Positions 33,018 through 41,152 of a stretch of 42,207 bases of DNA are shown here, one piece after another. The stretch is from Gammaproteobacteria bacterium (GTDB taxonomy: Bacteria; Pseudomonadota; Gammaproteobacteria; Tethybacterales; Persebacteraceae). The stretch lies in the NCBI GenBank assembly GCA_051008975.1, contig JBPCXA010000229.1:1-42207 (forward strand). The letters are read 5' to 3'. The position numbers were made by a program, and so were the translations under genes. Each line of letters begins with the position of its first letter. Within the stretch, counting starts at the first letter, position 1. A model generated the notes under the pieces. That model was not told the DNA's origin. It searched no databases and saw only the letters and a list, made by a program, of their open reading frames with translations.

Positions 33018-33900
33018 TTTTTTGCGCCGCGCGGCGGCGGTTTTGGTGCCGGCGATTTTCGCGTCGTTCGCCGCGCCGGCGTTTGCGGAAGGCGAATGCC
33101 CGACCGTGCGGATGGGCGCGGAGGGGCATCGCAAGGCGGCGCAATTGGCCGCCAAAGTGCTGGCGCATTTGCAAACAACGGACGCCAAAGTCGTGCTGCT
33201 GGGGCGCGCCGGTTCCGACGCGCCGCAAAAACGTTTCGGCGAAAAAATCGGCTTTTGGAACTACACTCACGCCGGACTCGCCTACCGCAATCATCCCGCC
33301 GGGGAATGGACGGTCGCGCATCTGCTCAATATCTGCGGCGAAGAATCGGGCGTATTCGAGGAGAGTTTTCTCAAATTTTATCTGGACAATCCGCACGAAT
33401 ATCGCGCCGTCGCCGCCGTCCCGTCCGCGCCGATGCAGGACGCGCTGGAAGATTTAATCGTCCGCCGAAACGCCGCCGCCGGATACCGCAACGGCAGCGT
33501 ATACAGTTCCATCTCCCATCCGTTTTCTCTGGCGCGGCAGAATTCCAACGAATATATTTTGGACACCTTCGCCGCCGCGCTCGCCCGCGCGGAGGACGCG
33601 ATAATTCTCTCGCGCGAAGACGCGAAGGAGTATTTTTTGTCGTCCGCGCACCGCGACAAATTCGCGCCCGAAATCATCCGCACAAATTTTTTCGAGGCGC
33701 TGGGCGCGTCCCTCGGATTCGGCCCCGGCAACGCGACTTTGGACGACCACACGCCCGCCGAGCGCGCCGCCGGACGGTTTGAATTCGTCTCCGTCGGTTC
33801 GCTGATTCAATTTCTGGACGAACTCGGAATGCTGCAGTCGGCGAAGGAGTTCGCGCTGAAAGACGTCTCCAAGGCGCGCGACACTATCGTCGAAAAATAA
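33010..33900 (+). CDS. hypothetical exported protein (possibly DUF2145-type)
   Basis: MPDFLRRAAAVLVPAIFASFAAPAFA is a signal peptide. The conserved-looking core is FWNYTHAGLAYRNHPAGEWTVAHLLNICGEE...QNSNEYILD. The family assignment is from memory only. Confidence 0.45.
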   Translation: MPDFLRRAAAVLVPAIFASFAAPAFAEGECPTVRMGAEGHRKAAQLAAKVLAHLQTTDAKVVLLGRAGSDAPQKRFGEKIGFWNYTHAGLAYRNHPAGEWTVAHLLNICGEESGVFEESFLKFYLDNPHEYRAVAAVPSAPMQDALEDLIVRRNAAAGYRNGSVYSSISHPFSLARQNSNEYILDTFAAALARAEDAIILSREDAKEYFLSSAHRDKFAPEIIRTNFFEALGASLGFGPGNATLDDHTPAERAAGRFEFVSVGSLIQFLDELGMLQSAKEFALKDVSKARDTIVEK

Positions 33901-33912
33901 GGCGCGGCGCGC

Positions 33913-35478
33913 CTACAAAACGCCCTGCGAATTTTTGCGCTTCGCCTCCATTAAAGTCGGCGGCGTATTAAACCGTTTGCCGTCCAGCACTTCATCGGCG
34001 GTGAGAATTTGCACCGTCGGAAAATGCGCCGAATAGCGTCCCTGCCTGTACGACAAAGTTTTACCGCCGTCCGCCGTTCTGCGCATTTCTTTTGACGGTT
34101 CGCGGTCGAGAATTAAGCCGCCCATCGCCGCGTCATGTTCGCGCATCGTCCCCTGCAGTTCGCGCAGGTGCGCGGGATCCGCCTGTTTGCCGTTCTTGAC
34201 GCTGACGACGAGACGCCCCCATTTGTCGGGCGCGCCGGGCGCACCGCCGCCCAGGTGAATGAGAATCGTTCCGTCCACGCCGCGGTCCGCCCCGCGCCGC
34301 CCGGCGACTCCGCCGACCCGCTCCACCAGCCACTTTTGCTTGGCGTACGGATCGAGTTTGTCGTATTCCTTTCGCGTCTGCGGATCGCATTCAATCCGCG
34401 AATACTCGCGCCCTTTTTTAATTTGCAAATCATCCTTGGCGCGATTTTCCATCTCCGCCACGGCGACCGTGGAAATGTCCGCGCCGATCCAGCGGCGTCC
34501 GAGAAGATGCGCCGCCTCTATCGTCGTGCCGCAGCCGCAAAACGGATCAAAAACCAGCCCGCCTTCGGGACAACTCGCGCGGATAATGTTTTTTAACAAC
34601 GCCACCGGTTTTTGCGTGTGATAGCCGCGATATTCCGCGCTGTTTCCTTTCAGCGAGGGAATATGCCAGACATTGTCCATCCGCTTTTTATTCTTCTTGT
34701 CGTCGAAGTCAATGACGACATCGTCGTCGCGAAGACGGCGTCCGAGGCGCTTTTCCGCCGCGCCGATTTTGCTGCGGGTGACGGAGTCGTTCCGCGTCTT
34801 CAGATCGCCGTAGTACAGTTTGTTGTCGCGCACCAGTTTCGCGAACCGGGCGGCGATTTCGTTCGGACGATCCTGCACCTGGAAATCAAAAAAGGCGCCG
34901 GACGATTTGCCGTAAAATAAAATATGGTCGGTGTTCGCCGTCCACTTGTCCCGCGCGACGCCGATCTTGGCGTAATGCCAGATGATTTCGTTGCGGAAGT
35001 TTTCGCTGCCGAACACCGCGTCCATGATCACCTTAAGATAATGGCTGGCGGTCGGATCGCAATGCAAATAAACGCTGCCGCGCGGCGACAGCACCTTCCG
35101 CATCCATATCAGGCGCGGCGTCATATACAAAAGATAGTTCAGCGTCTGATGATCCCTGCCGCCGCCGGACAACAGCACCTGCATCCACATTTCCACGAGA
35201 TTTTTCAGTCCCTCGCCGATCTGCATTCCCTGCAGCATTTGCATAAACTCCATCCGCAATTGCTCGGCGTGGCGCCCGCCCCACATGTCGCTGAAAGCGA
35301 CCTGCTGCGCGTCCTTGCCGCCGGTGCGAAAGACGATGTTATAGTCGCGGTTGGAATTGAACGGCGGATCCAAATAAATCAAATCGGGCGCGACGCCCTC
35401 CTCGTGCAGCCGCCGCATCACTTCCATACAGTCGCCGCGATACATGCGGTTGTCCGCGAGTGATTCGTTCTTTCGCAT
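33913..35478 (-). CDS. beta-class N6-adenine/N4-cytosine DNA methyltransferase fused to a C-terminal Mrr_cat-like (PD-(D/E)XK) domain
   Basis: Motif IV is LIYLDPPFNS (aa 34-43), then HTQKP (aa 287-291) and motif I VFDPFCGCGTT (aa 309-319). The C-terminal ~140 aa carries GADRGVDGTILIH...RLVVSVKNGK...GGLILDREPSKEM...PTVQILTADEVLDG, which has the layout of Mrr-type restriction endonuclease catalytic domains. Confidence 0.75.
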   Translation of the reverse strand: MRKNESLADNRMYRGDCMEVMRRLHEEGVAPDLIYLDPPFNSNRDYNIVFRTGGKDAQQVAFSDMWGGRHAEQLRMEFMQMLQGMQIGEGLKNLVEMWMQVLLSGGGRDHQTLNYLLYMTPRLIWMRKVLSPRGSVYLHCDPTASHYLKVIMDAVFGSENFRNEIIWHYAKIGVARDKWTANTDHILFYGKSSGAFFDFQVQDRPNEIAARFAKLVRDNKLYYGDLKTRNDSVTRSKIGAAEKRLGRRLRDDDVVIDFDDKKNKKRMDNVWHIPSLKGNSAEYRGYHTQKPVALLKNIIRASCPEGGLVFDPFCGCGTTIEAAHLLGRRWIGADISTVAVAEMENRAKDDLQIKKGREYSRIECDPQTRKEYDKLDPYAKQKWLVERVGGVAGRRGADRGVDGTILIHLGGGAPGAPDKWGRLVVSVKNGKQADPAHLRELQGTMREHDAAMGGLILDREPSKEMRRTADGGKTLSYRQGRYSAHFPTVQILTADEVLDGKRFNTPPTLMEAKRKNSQGVL

Positions 35479-35483
35479 TTTTT

Positions 35484-36650
35484 TTACGCCGAACGATACA
35501 GTTTTGTCATTACGAATTCGCGGTGTCCCAGAATTTCGGCGGCGGTCATTTCGCCGCCGGCGACGCGGAGAATCGAATCTATCAGCGCGTCCCCGGCCTC
35601 GTCCAACGTCATTGCGCGGCGCAGCACCGCCGAAATATCCAGATCAATATGCTCGCCCATCGTCCGCGCGGTGCGCGGATTGGCGGTGATTTTAATCACC
35701 GGCGCGATCGGATTGCCGACGACATTCCCCTGTCCGGTCGGAAAAGTGTGCAGTACGAAACCCGCCGCCGCCATCAGCGTGACGCACTCGGCGGCGGCGG
35801 ACGAGGTGTCCATAAAATACAGCCCCGCCCCCCGCCCCGGCGTCTCCGCCGGCGAAAGCGCGTCTATGTAGCGCGAAGTTTTGCCGATTTTTTCCAGATT
35901 GCCCAGCGCCTTCTCCTCTATCGTCGTCAGTCCGCCCTCTATGTTGCCCTTCGTCGGCTGCGATTCGGACAGGTCGGAAGTTTTATGCGCCTCGATCACT
36001 TCGCGCTGATAGCCGTCAAAAATGCGCATAAACTTTTCGCCCGCTTCTTCGGTCGCGGCGCGGGCGCGGCACAAATGCTCGGCGCCGGTCAACTCCGACG
36101 TCTCGCCGAATACGCCGGTAACGCCGCGCGGCAAAAGTTTGTCGTACATATTTCCCACCGCCGGACAGGACGCCAGCCCGGTCGTCGGATCGGATTCGCC
36201 GCATTTTGTGGAAATCCACAACTCGCCGATGTCGCATTTTTCACGTTGCCGCCCGCTGGCGGCGCGGACGAATTCGTGCGCCTTGCGGGAGGCGGCGGCG
36301 ACGGTGCCGATGTCGCCGCATTGCTCTATGGAAAACGCGGCGACCGGCTTGCCGGTTTCGGCGACGCCGTCCGCGACGCGGGCGGTCCAGCCCGGTTCAA
36401 TGCCGATCACGATGCAGGCGGCGATATTCGGATTGCTCCCCGCGCCGATGAGGGTGCGAAAATGCAGGTCCAAATCCGCCCCGAATTGCAGCCGCCCGTA
36501 CGCGTGCGGCAGCGGCAAAGTCCCGCGGATATGCGCCGCGACGGCCTCGCAAGCGGCGTTGGAAATGTCGTCCACCGGCAGCACCGCGACATGGTTGCGG
36601 ACGCCGACGCGCCCGTTTTCGCGCCGCCAGCCGTAAAAATCCGCGGTCAT
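35484..36650 (-). CDS. UxaA-family dehydratase/lyase, large subunit
   Basis: [21 protein letters not shown]...[12 protein letters not shown]...[17 protein letters not shown]...HTFPTGQGN matches the altronate/galactarate dehydratase C-terminal domain family (SuyB-like architecture). Confidence 0.8.
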   Translation of the reverse strand: MTADFYGWRRENGRVGVRNHVAVLPVDDISNAACEAVAAHIRGTLPLPHAYGRLQFGADLDLHFRTLIGAGSNPNIAACIVIGIEPGWTARVADGVAETGKPVAAFSIEQCGDIGTVAAASRKAHEFVRAASGRQREKCDIGELWISTKCGESDPTTGLASCPAVGNMYDKLLPRGVTGVFGETSELTGAEHLCRARAATEEAGEKFMRIFDGYQREVIEAHKTSDLSESQPTKGNIEGGLTTIEEKALGNLEKIGKTSRYIDALSPAETPGRGAGLYFMDTSSAAAECVTLMAAAGFVLHTFPTGQGNVVGNPIAPVIKITANPRTARTMGEHIDLDISAVLRRAMTLDEAGDALIDSILRVAGGEMTAAEILGHREFVMTKLYRSA

Positions 36651-36659
36651 TTCCGCCGC

Positions 36660-36947
36660 CTACCAGCGGTTTGTTTTAAGATTATGCACATGCACATACC
36701 CGCCCTTTCGCGCCGGCGCGATCATCTTTCCGATATTTTCGCCGTACTTGTACACCGCGTCGCCTTTTTGCAGGTCGCACAGCGCGAGTTTGTGGCCGAG
36801 CGGCGCGGCTTCGGCGGCGGTCAGCGCGAACTCGGAATCGTCCGCCACGACGACGCACAACATTTCCGCGCCGGCGGCGAGATCTTCCACCGCCACCACG
36901 CCCACATTGTCCTTGCGGTGATGTACCAGCAACTGCGGAAGCGCCAT
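36660..36947 (-). CDS. UxaA-family small subunit (SAF domain)
   Basis: 95 aa with HHRKDNVGVVAVEDLAAG...PLGHKLALCDLQKGDAVYKYGENIG, the SAF/AFP-like N-terminal module encoded as a separate gene. Confidence 0.75.
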   Translation of the reverse strand: MALPQLLVHHRKDNVGVVAVEDLAAGAEMLCVVVADDSEFALTAAEAAPLGHKLALCDLQKGDAVYKYGENIGKMIAPARKGGYVHVHNLKTNRW

Positions 36948-36993
36948 ATTTTCCCGTCCCGGCGGGCAAAAACGCCGCCGCGCCGATAGTATA

Positions 36994-37692
36994 TCACGGT
37001 TTCGCCCGCGCCTCTTCCACCCACCGCCGCGCCCGCGCGTTAATTTCTTTGACCGGCAAATCGGGGGGAATCGGCGCGCCGATGCGGACGGTGATTAATC
37101 CCGCGCGCTTAAAAAACGCGTTTTTGGGCCAGCATTTTCCGCTGTCCACGCACACCGGCACCGCCGGCACACCCGCCTTTTTCGCCAGCCACGCGCCGCC
37201 GATGTGCCATTCCGCAAACGATTCCGGCGGCATGCGCGTCCCTTCTGGAAACACCGCCACATAAAATCCGTCCGCAAGACGCCGCCCCCCCTGTTCTCCG
37301 ATTTCGCGCAGGGCGCGGCGTCCGTCGGCGCGATTAATCGCTATCGGACTCATTCGCGCCAGCCCCCAGCCGAAAAACGGAATGCGCAAAAGTTCCTTTT
37401 TCAGAACAATGGAATTCGGCGGGAAAATCGCCTGATACGCGATCGTCTCCCACGCCGATTCGTGGCGCGACAACAGTACGCAGGGGCGGGCGGGCAGATT
37501 TTCTATTCCTACGACGCGGTGGCGGATTCCGCAAAACAGCCGCGCCGCCAGCACCAGCAGCCGCGACCATTGCGAAATGATGCGATACCGCCAAAGCGGC
37601 GGCAGCGGCGAAGACAATATCGCCAAAACCGCGAACGGCGGCGTGGAGACGCCGAGCCACGCGGCGAGCAAAACCGAACCTAACCGGCGCAT
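36994..37692 (-). CDS. plsC: 1-acyl-sn-glycerol-3-phosphate acyltransferase
   Basis: LSRHESAWETIA (HX4-acidic acyltransferase motif) and VFPEGTR. Start set at MRRLGSV, which overlaps the gpsA end by 13 nt. Confidence 0.8.
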   Translation of the reverse strand: MRRLGSVLLAAWLGVSTPPFAVLAILSSPLPPLWRYRIISQWSRLLVLAARLFCGIRHRVVGIENLPARPCVLLSRHESAWETIAYQAIFPPNSIVLKKELLRIPFFGWGLARMSPIAINRADGRRALREIGEQGGRRLADGFYVAVFPEGTRMPPESFAEWHIGGAWLAKKAGVPAVPVCVDSGKCWPKNAFFKRAGLITVRIGAPIPPDLPVKEINARARRWVEEARAKP

Positions 37693-38609
37693 TCCGGCGG
37701 CGGACGCGACAGCAGCATTTCCGCCGCCCGCCGCGGCGATTCGCCCTCGTGCAAAACGGCGTACGTCGCGGCGATAATCGGCGCGGAAATTTTCATCTCG
37801 CGGCATCTTTGCAAAGCGGCGGCGGCGGCGGCGACTCCTTCCGCGGTTTCGGCGGGCGGCGTCCGTCCGCCGGCGAGCGCGAGCCCGTAGCGGCGGTTGC
37901 GCGACAAATCGGAGGTGCAGGTCAGCAGCAAATCGCCGATCCCGGCGACGCCGGAAAGCGTCCGGGAATCGCCGCCCGCCGCCCGGTTAAAGGCGGAAAT
38001 TTCCGCCAGCCCGCGGGTGACAATCGCCGCCCGCGCGTTCGCGCCGAGACCCAGCCCGTCGCAAATTCCGGCGGCGACGGCGATGACATTTTTTAACGCC
38101 CCGGCGACGCACACGCCGGTTAAATCTTCGGACGGATACATCCGCAGCATTTTTCGGTGCAATTTCTCCCGCAATTGCGGCAGACGCGCCGGAACGTTGA
38201 CGGCAATGACCATCGCGGCGGGCAGTCCCCGCGCCACTTCGGCGGCGAAAGTCGGGCCGCCCAGCGCGCCGAAACAGGAATCGGGCGGCAGAATTTCCGC
38301 CGCTTTCTCGCACAACAGCCGCCCGTCGCCGGCGAATCCTTTTGTCAGCCACAAAATCGGCGCGGCGCGGCGATCGCGCGCCCGCGCGAGACGCCTTAAC
38401 ACCGATTCAAAGCCGCCGCTGCCGACGGCGACGACGATTAAATCGCCGTCCGCGGCGGCGTCTTCCAGTTCCGTCCGCCATTCGCCGCCCGTATGTTCGG
38501 CGGCGGCGCGGGCGGAATCGGGATTACGCGACCAAAAACACAACTCGCCGCCGATCGCCCCGGCGAACGCCGTACCCCACGCGCCGCCGCCGGCGATGAC
38601 CACCCGCAC
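37680..38609 (-). CDS. gpsA: NAD(P)H-dependent glycerol-3-phosphate dehydrogenase
   Basis: (GTG) MRVVIAGGGAWGTAFA Rossmann N-terminus, GALKNVIAVAAGICDGLGLG, and SRNRRYG. Confidence 0.9.
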   Translation of the reverse strand: MRVVIAGGGAWGTAFAGAIGGELCFWSRNPDSARAAAEHTGGEWRTELEDAAADGDLIVVAVGSGGFESVLRRLARARDRRAAPILWLTKGFAGDGRLLCEKAAEILPPDSCFGALGGPTFAAEVARGLPAAMVIAVNVPARLPQLREKLHRKMLRMYPSEDLTGVCVAGALKNVIAVAAGICDGLGLGANARAAIVTRGLAEISAFNRAAGGDSRTLSGVAGIGDLLLTCTSDLSRNRRYGLALAGGRTPPAETAEGVAAAAAALQRCREMKISAPIIAATYAVLHEGESPRRAAEMLLSRPPPECAG

Positions 38610-38615
38610 GGCGGT

Positions 38616-39545
38616 TCAGGCGGTTTTTTCCAGCGCGGTTTTGGCGCCCAAAACTTCCACGGCGTTGCGCAGGGACACGTCCATCCAGTCGTCCGCCTCG
38701 CCGGCGACCCGCTTTTGGATTTCGGAACGGGTATACGAATCGTACACTTTCCCCACCGATTGCCGTGCCGCGTCGGAATCAATTTTTTCCTTCGACGGCA
38801 TGTAGCGGTGGCAGAACGCCTCGCGCTCGCATTCTATGATGCGCTCGTCCTGCACCTGAAACTGATCGGGGGTGATGTCCTTGCCGAGGCGGCGGTGGCG
38901 CAAAATCACCGAATCCAAAACCTGCTGGGCGAGTTTTTCCATCCCGGCTTCGTTGAACAGCGGCAAATAACCCTCCAAATCGGGGCGGAACGTATGCACG
39001 ACAAGCGCGATCACGTCCGGCTCCATCAGGGAATGCCGGATGGTGACGAGATGGTTGATGTCCCGCATTTTTTCCTCGTCCGTGTCCCCGTCCTTGATGA
39101 TTCCCTCGTCAATGGAGATCGCGTCGGTCTTCGCGTCGGTCTTCGGCTGCGCCGCCTTGGCGGGAATCAGGCTGTCGGAAATGCGGGTGTCCACCTTGTC
39201 GCCGGCGTCTTCTTCGGGCTTCTTCTTCCACCGCCGGAACGCGCCGTTCAAAAACAGCACCAGCCCGACGAAGGCGACAAAACCGCCGCCGCCGCCCAGC
39301 GGATACAACAGCCCGCTTTCCTCAAGATTGAGATAGCCGCGGTGTTCCCGGGGAATCTCCCGCAACGCCGGCACGACGGTTTTCGCCACGAATTTCTTGG
39401 CGGCGGCGGGATACGGCACTTCGTACCGCACTTTCCACAAATAATCGCCGTCGTCGCGGGCGAATCCGATCGCCGCCGCCCAGCCGCCGGCCGCCGCCAG
39501 CGCGAGCCCGGCGAAAATCATTATCAATCTGACCAATATCCGCAT
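38616..39545 (-). CDS. hypothetical membrane-anchored protein (two TM helices plus a ~190-aa soluble C-terminal domain)
   Basis: Start at MRILVRLIMIFAGLALAAAGGW with SD AGAGAGGG. The second TM helix is GGFVAFVGLVLFLNGAF, followed by a charged linker containing a 12-bp tandem duplication (39121-39144, KTDAKTDA). I recognise no family. It ends 6 nt upstream of gpsA. Confidence 0.55.
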   Translation of the reverse strand: MRILVRLIMIFAGLALAAAGGWAAAIGFARDDGDYLWKVRYEVPYPAAAKKFVAKTVVPALREIPREHRGYLNLEESGLLYPLGGGGGFVAFVGLVLFLNGAFRRWKKKPEEDAGDKVDTRISDSLIPAKAAQPKTDAKTDAISIDEGIIKDGDTDEEKMRDINHLVTIRHSLMEPDVIALVVHTFRPDLEGYLPLFNEAGMEKLAQQVLDSVILRHRRLGKDITPDQFQVQDERIIECEREAFCHRYMPSKEKIDSDAARQSVGKVYDSYTRSEIQKRVAGEADDWMDVSLRNAVEVLGAKTALEKTA

Positions 39546-39649
39546 GCGCGCCCTCTCTTTCGGATGTCTTAAACTTTGATTAAGAACGCCGCAATTATAA
39601 CAAACTCCGGCGGAAATGCAAAATTCGCCGCCGACGCGCGAAAGTTTTT

Positions 39650-40267
39650 TTACGGCGGCGGCGGCGCGATTCCCGCCGCGCGCATTGAATCCGCGTCGTC
39701 CACGTCGGCGAGAACCGGCAGTCGCGCGACATTTTTCGGCAACCGCAGCAACAGTTGCGACAAAGTGTCGCCGCGGCTGTACGCAACCGAAGTCCACACG
39801 TCCGCGGGAATGCGGCGTCCGGCGGCGAACAAATAAAATCCGCCGTCCGCCGCCGGACCGACGACGATGTCGTCGCGCGCCAGCGCCAGCGCGGAAATTA
39901 CCGTCTCCGCCGACAGCCCCGGACAATCCGCGCCGGCGAGCGCCGCCCGCCCGTGCCGCCACCGCAACAGTGAATATATTTGGTGCAGCCGCGCGCCCAA
40001 ATCGCCCTCGCCGGTAAAGACGGCGGGAAATTCGCGCCAGCGCGGATGGACCAAGCCGTCCCGCTCGCCGACCGCCCAATACACGGAAACGCCGGAATCC
40101 CGCGTCCGCCGCATCATTTCCGCCGCCGCCGCCAGCATCATTTCGTAGACGCGAAGCGCCGCCGCCGCGCCGATGTCCGCCGCCAGCCGCGTTTTTACCG
40201 GCGACAATTCCGGCGTTTTGACGAACACCGCCAGCCCGCCGTTCAGCCGCGCCACTGCCGCCACCAT
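39650..40267 (-). CDS. DUF2064 / TIGR04282-type glycosyltransferase-like protein
   Basis: GLAVFVKTPELSPVKTRLA...GEGDLGARL...AGADCPGL...GPAADGGFYLF...LPVLADVDDADS matches the pattern of that family as I remember it. Confidence 0.6.
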   Translation of the reverse strand: MVAAVARLNGGLAVFVKTPELSPVKTRLAADIGAAAALRVYEMMLAAAAEMMRRTRDSGVSVYWAVGERDGLVHPRWREFPAVFTGEGDLGARLHQIYSLLRWRHGRAALAGADCPGLSAETVISALALARDDIVVGPAADGGFYLFAAGRRIPADVWTSVAYSRGDTLSQLLLRLPKNVARLPVLADVDDADSMRAAGIAPPPP

Positions 40268-40884
40268 ATTTTTTGATATTCCCGCACCGTGCGCCACCAG
40301 CCGCGGCGGAGGTAAGTGCGCGCGCTGGTTCCCACCGCCGCCCCGACGCGGCGCGCCCGCGCCCCCGCCCGCGCCGCCCGCAGTACGAAAAGATGATCCT
40401 CGCCCGCCGCGGCGTCTTCCGGATAGCCGCCGAGTTCCCAAAACAAATCGCGGCGGAGCGACAGCGCCTGGTCGCCGAACGGGTTTCCGAACAGCGCACA
40501 CCGCAGCCGCGCGCCCCATTCGTTGAGAATCATCCGCGCGCCGCCGTCATAAAAATGCAGGTCAAAATAATACACCGCCCGCGGCGCGGCGGCGGCGGCG
40601 CGCGAAAGCGCGGACGCGAAATTCGCGGGCGGACGCGAATCGGCATGCACAAACCACAGCAGTTCGCCGTCCGCCGCCGCCGCCGCCGCGTTCATTTGCG
40701 CGCCCCGTCCGCGGCGGGGGCAGTGAATCCACCGCCGCGGCGGCGCGTTTTGCCAGTCGGCGGGCGGCGGCGCGGCGGCGGCGAGCAACAACTCCCAGTC
40801 GGCGGGCAAAGGCAGCCGCGGCAGCAACTCCCGCCACGCGTCTTCGTCCGCCGCCAGCGGCACGATAACGGTGACTGCGGCCAC
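40243..40884 (-). CDS. family-2 glycosyltransferase (TIGR04283-type)
   Basis: VTVIVPLAADE...GRGAQMNAAAAAADGELLWFVHADSRPP...FGDQALSLRRDLFWELGGYPE...EDHLF...GTSARTY. GTG start with TATACT 7 nt upstream. It overlaps the downstream gene by 25 nt. Confidence 0.6.
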   Translation of the reverse strand: MAAVTVIVPLAADEDAWRELLPRLPLPADWELLLAAAAPPPADWQNAPPRRWIHCPRRGRGAQMNAAAAAADGELLWFVHADSRPPANFASALSRAAAAAPRAVYYFDLHFYDGGARMILNEWGARLRCALFGNPFGDQALSLRRDLFWELGGYPEDAAAGEDHLFVLRAARAGARARRVGAAVGTSARTYLRRGWWRTVREYQKIWWRQWRG

Positions 40885-41152
40885 GCCGAAAAGTATAGCA
40901 CGGACGCGCCGCCGCCGCCGTTTCCGAAAACCGTTTCGCGCATTCGCGGATGAAAAATTCGCGTTTCCCGCGTACTTTCCGATACAAATTGACAGTTTTC
41001 GGCGACTTTGTGAATCCGAAAAAACGCGCTTTGTTTCGGAGACGGTTTTATAATGGCGGGAGCAGATGAAAACCGTCCGTCATTCCGGCGATTTTTGCGC
41101 CGTCTTTTGCGCGTCCGGCGCGCGTTCTTTGTTAACCGCGGGGAAATTTTTC

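Noticed and set aside
7725-35478. The idea that the stand-alone Mrr-type N-terminal module (7725-8219) and the methyltransferase-Mrr_cat fusion (33913-35478) form one split system
   Set aside because: They are about 26 kb apart, separated by some 30 housekeeping genes, in different operons. Nothing in the sequence links them, so they are kept as separate observations.
40985-41054. Possible Pho box upstream of the pstS-like gene (CTTTGTG at 41006 and CTTTGTT at 41028, 22 bp apart)
   Set aside because: The match to the PhoB direct-repeat consensus (CTGTCAT-type, 11-bp periodicity) is poor, and the TTGACA at 40988 has no properly spaced -10. This is too weak to call.
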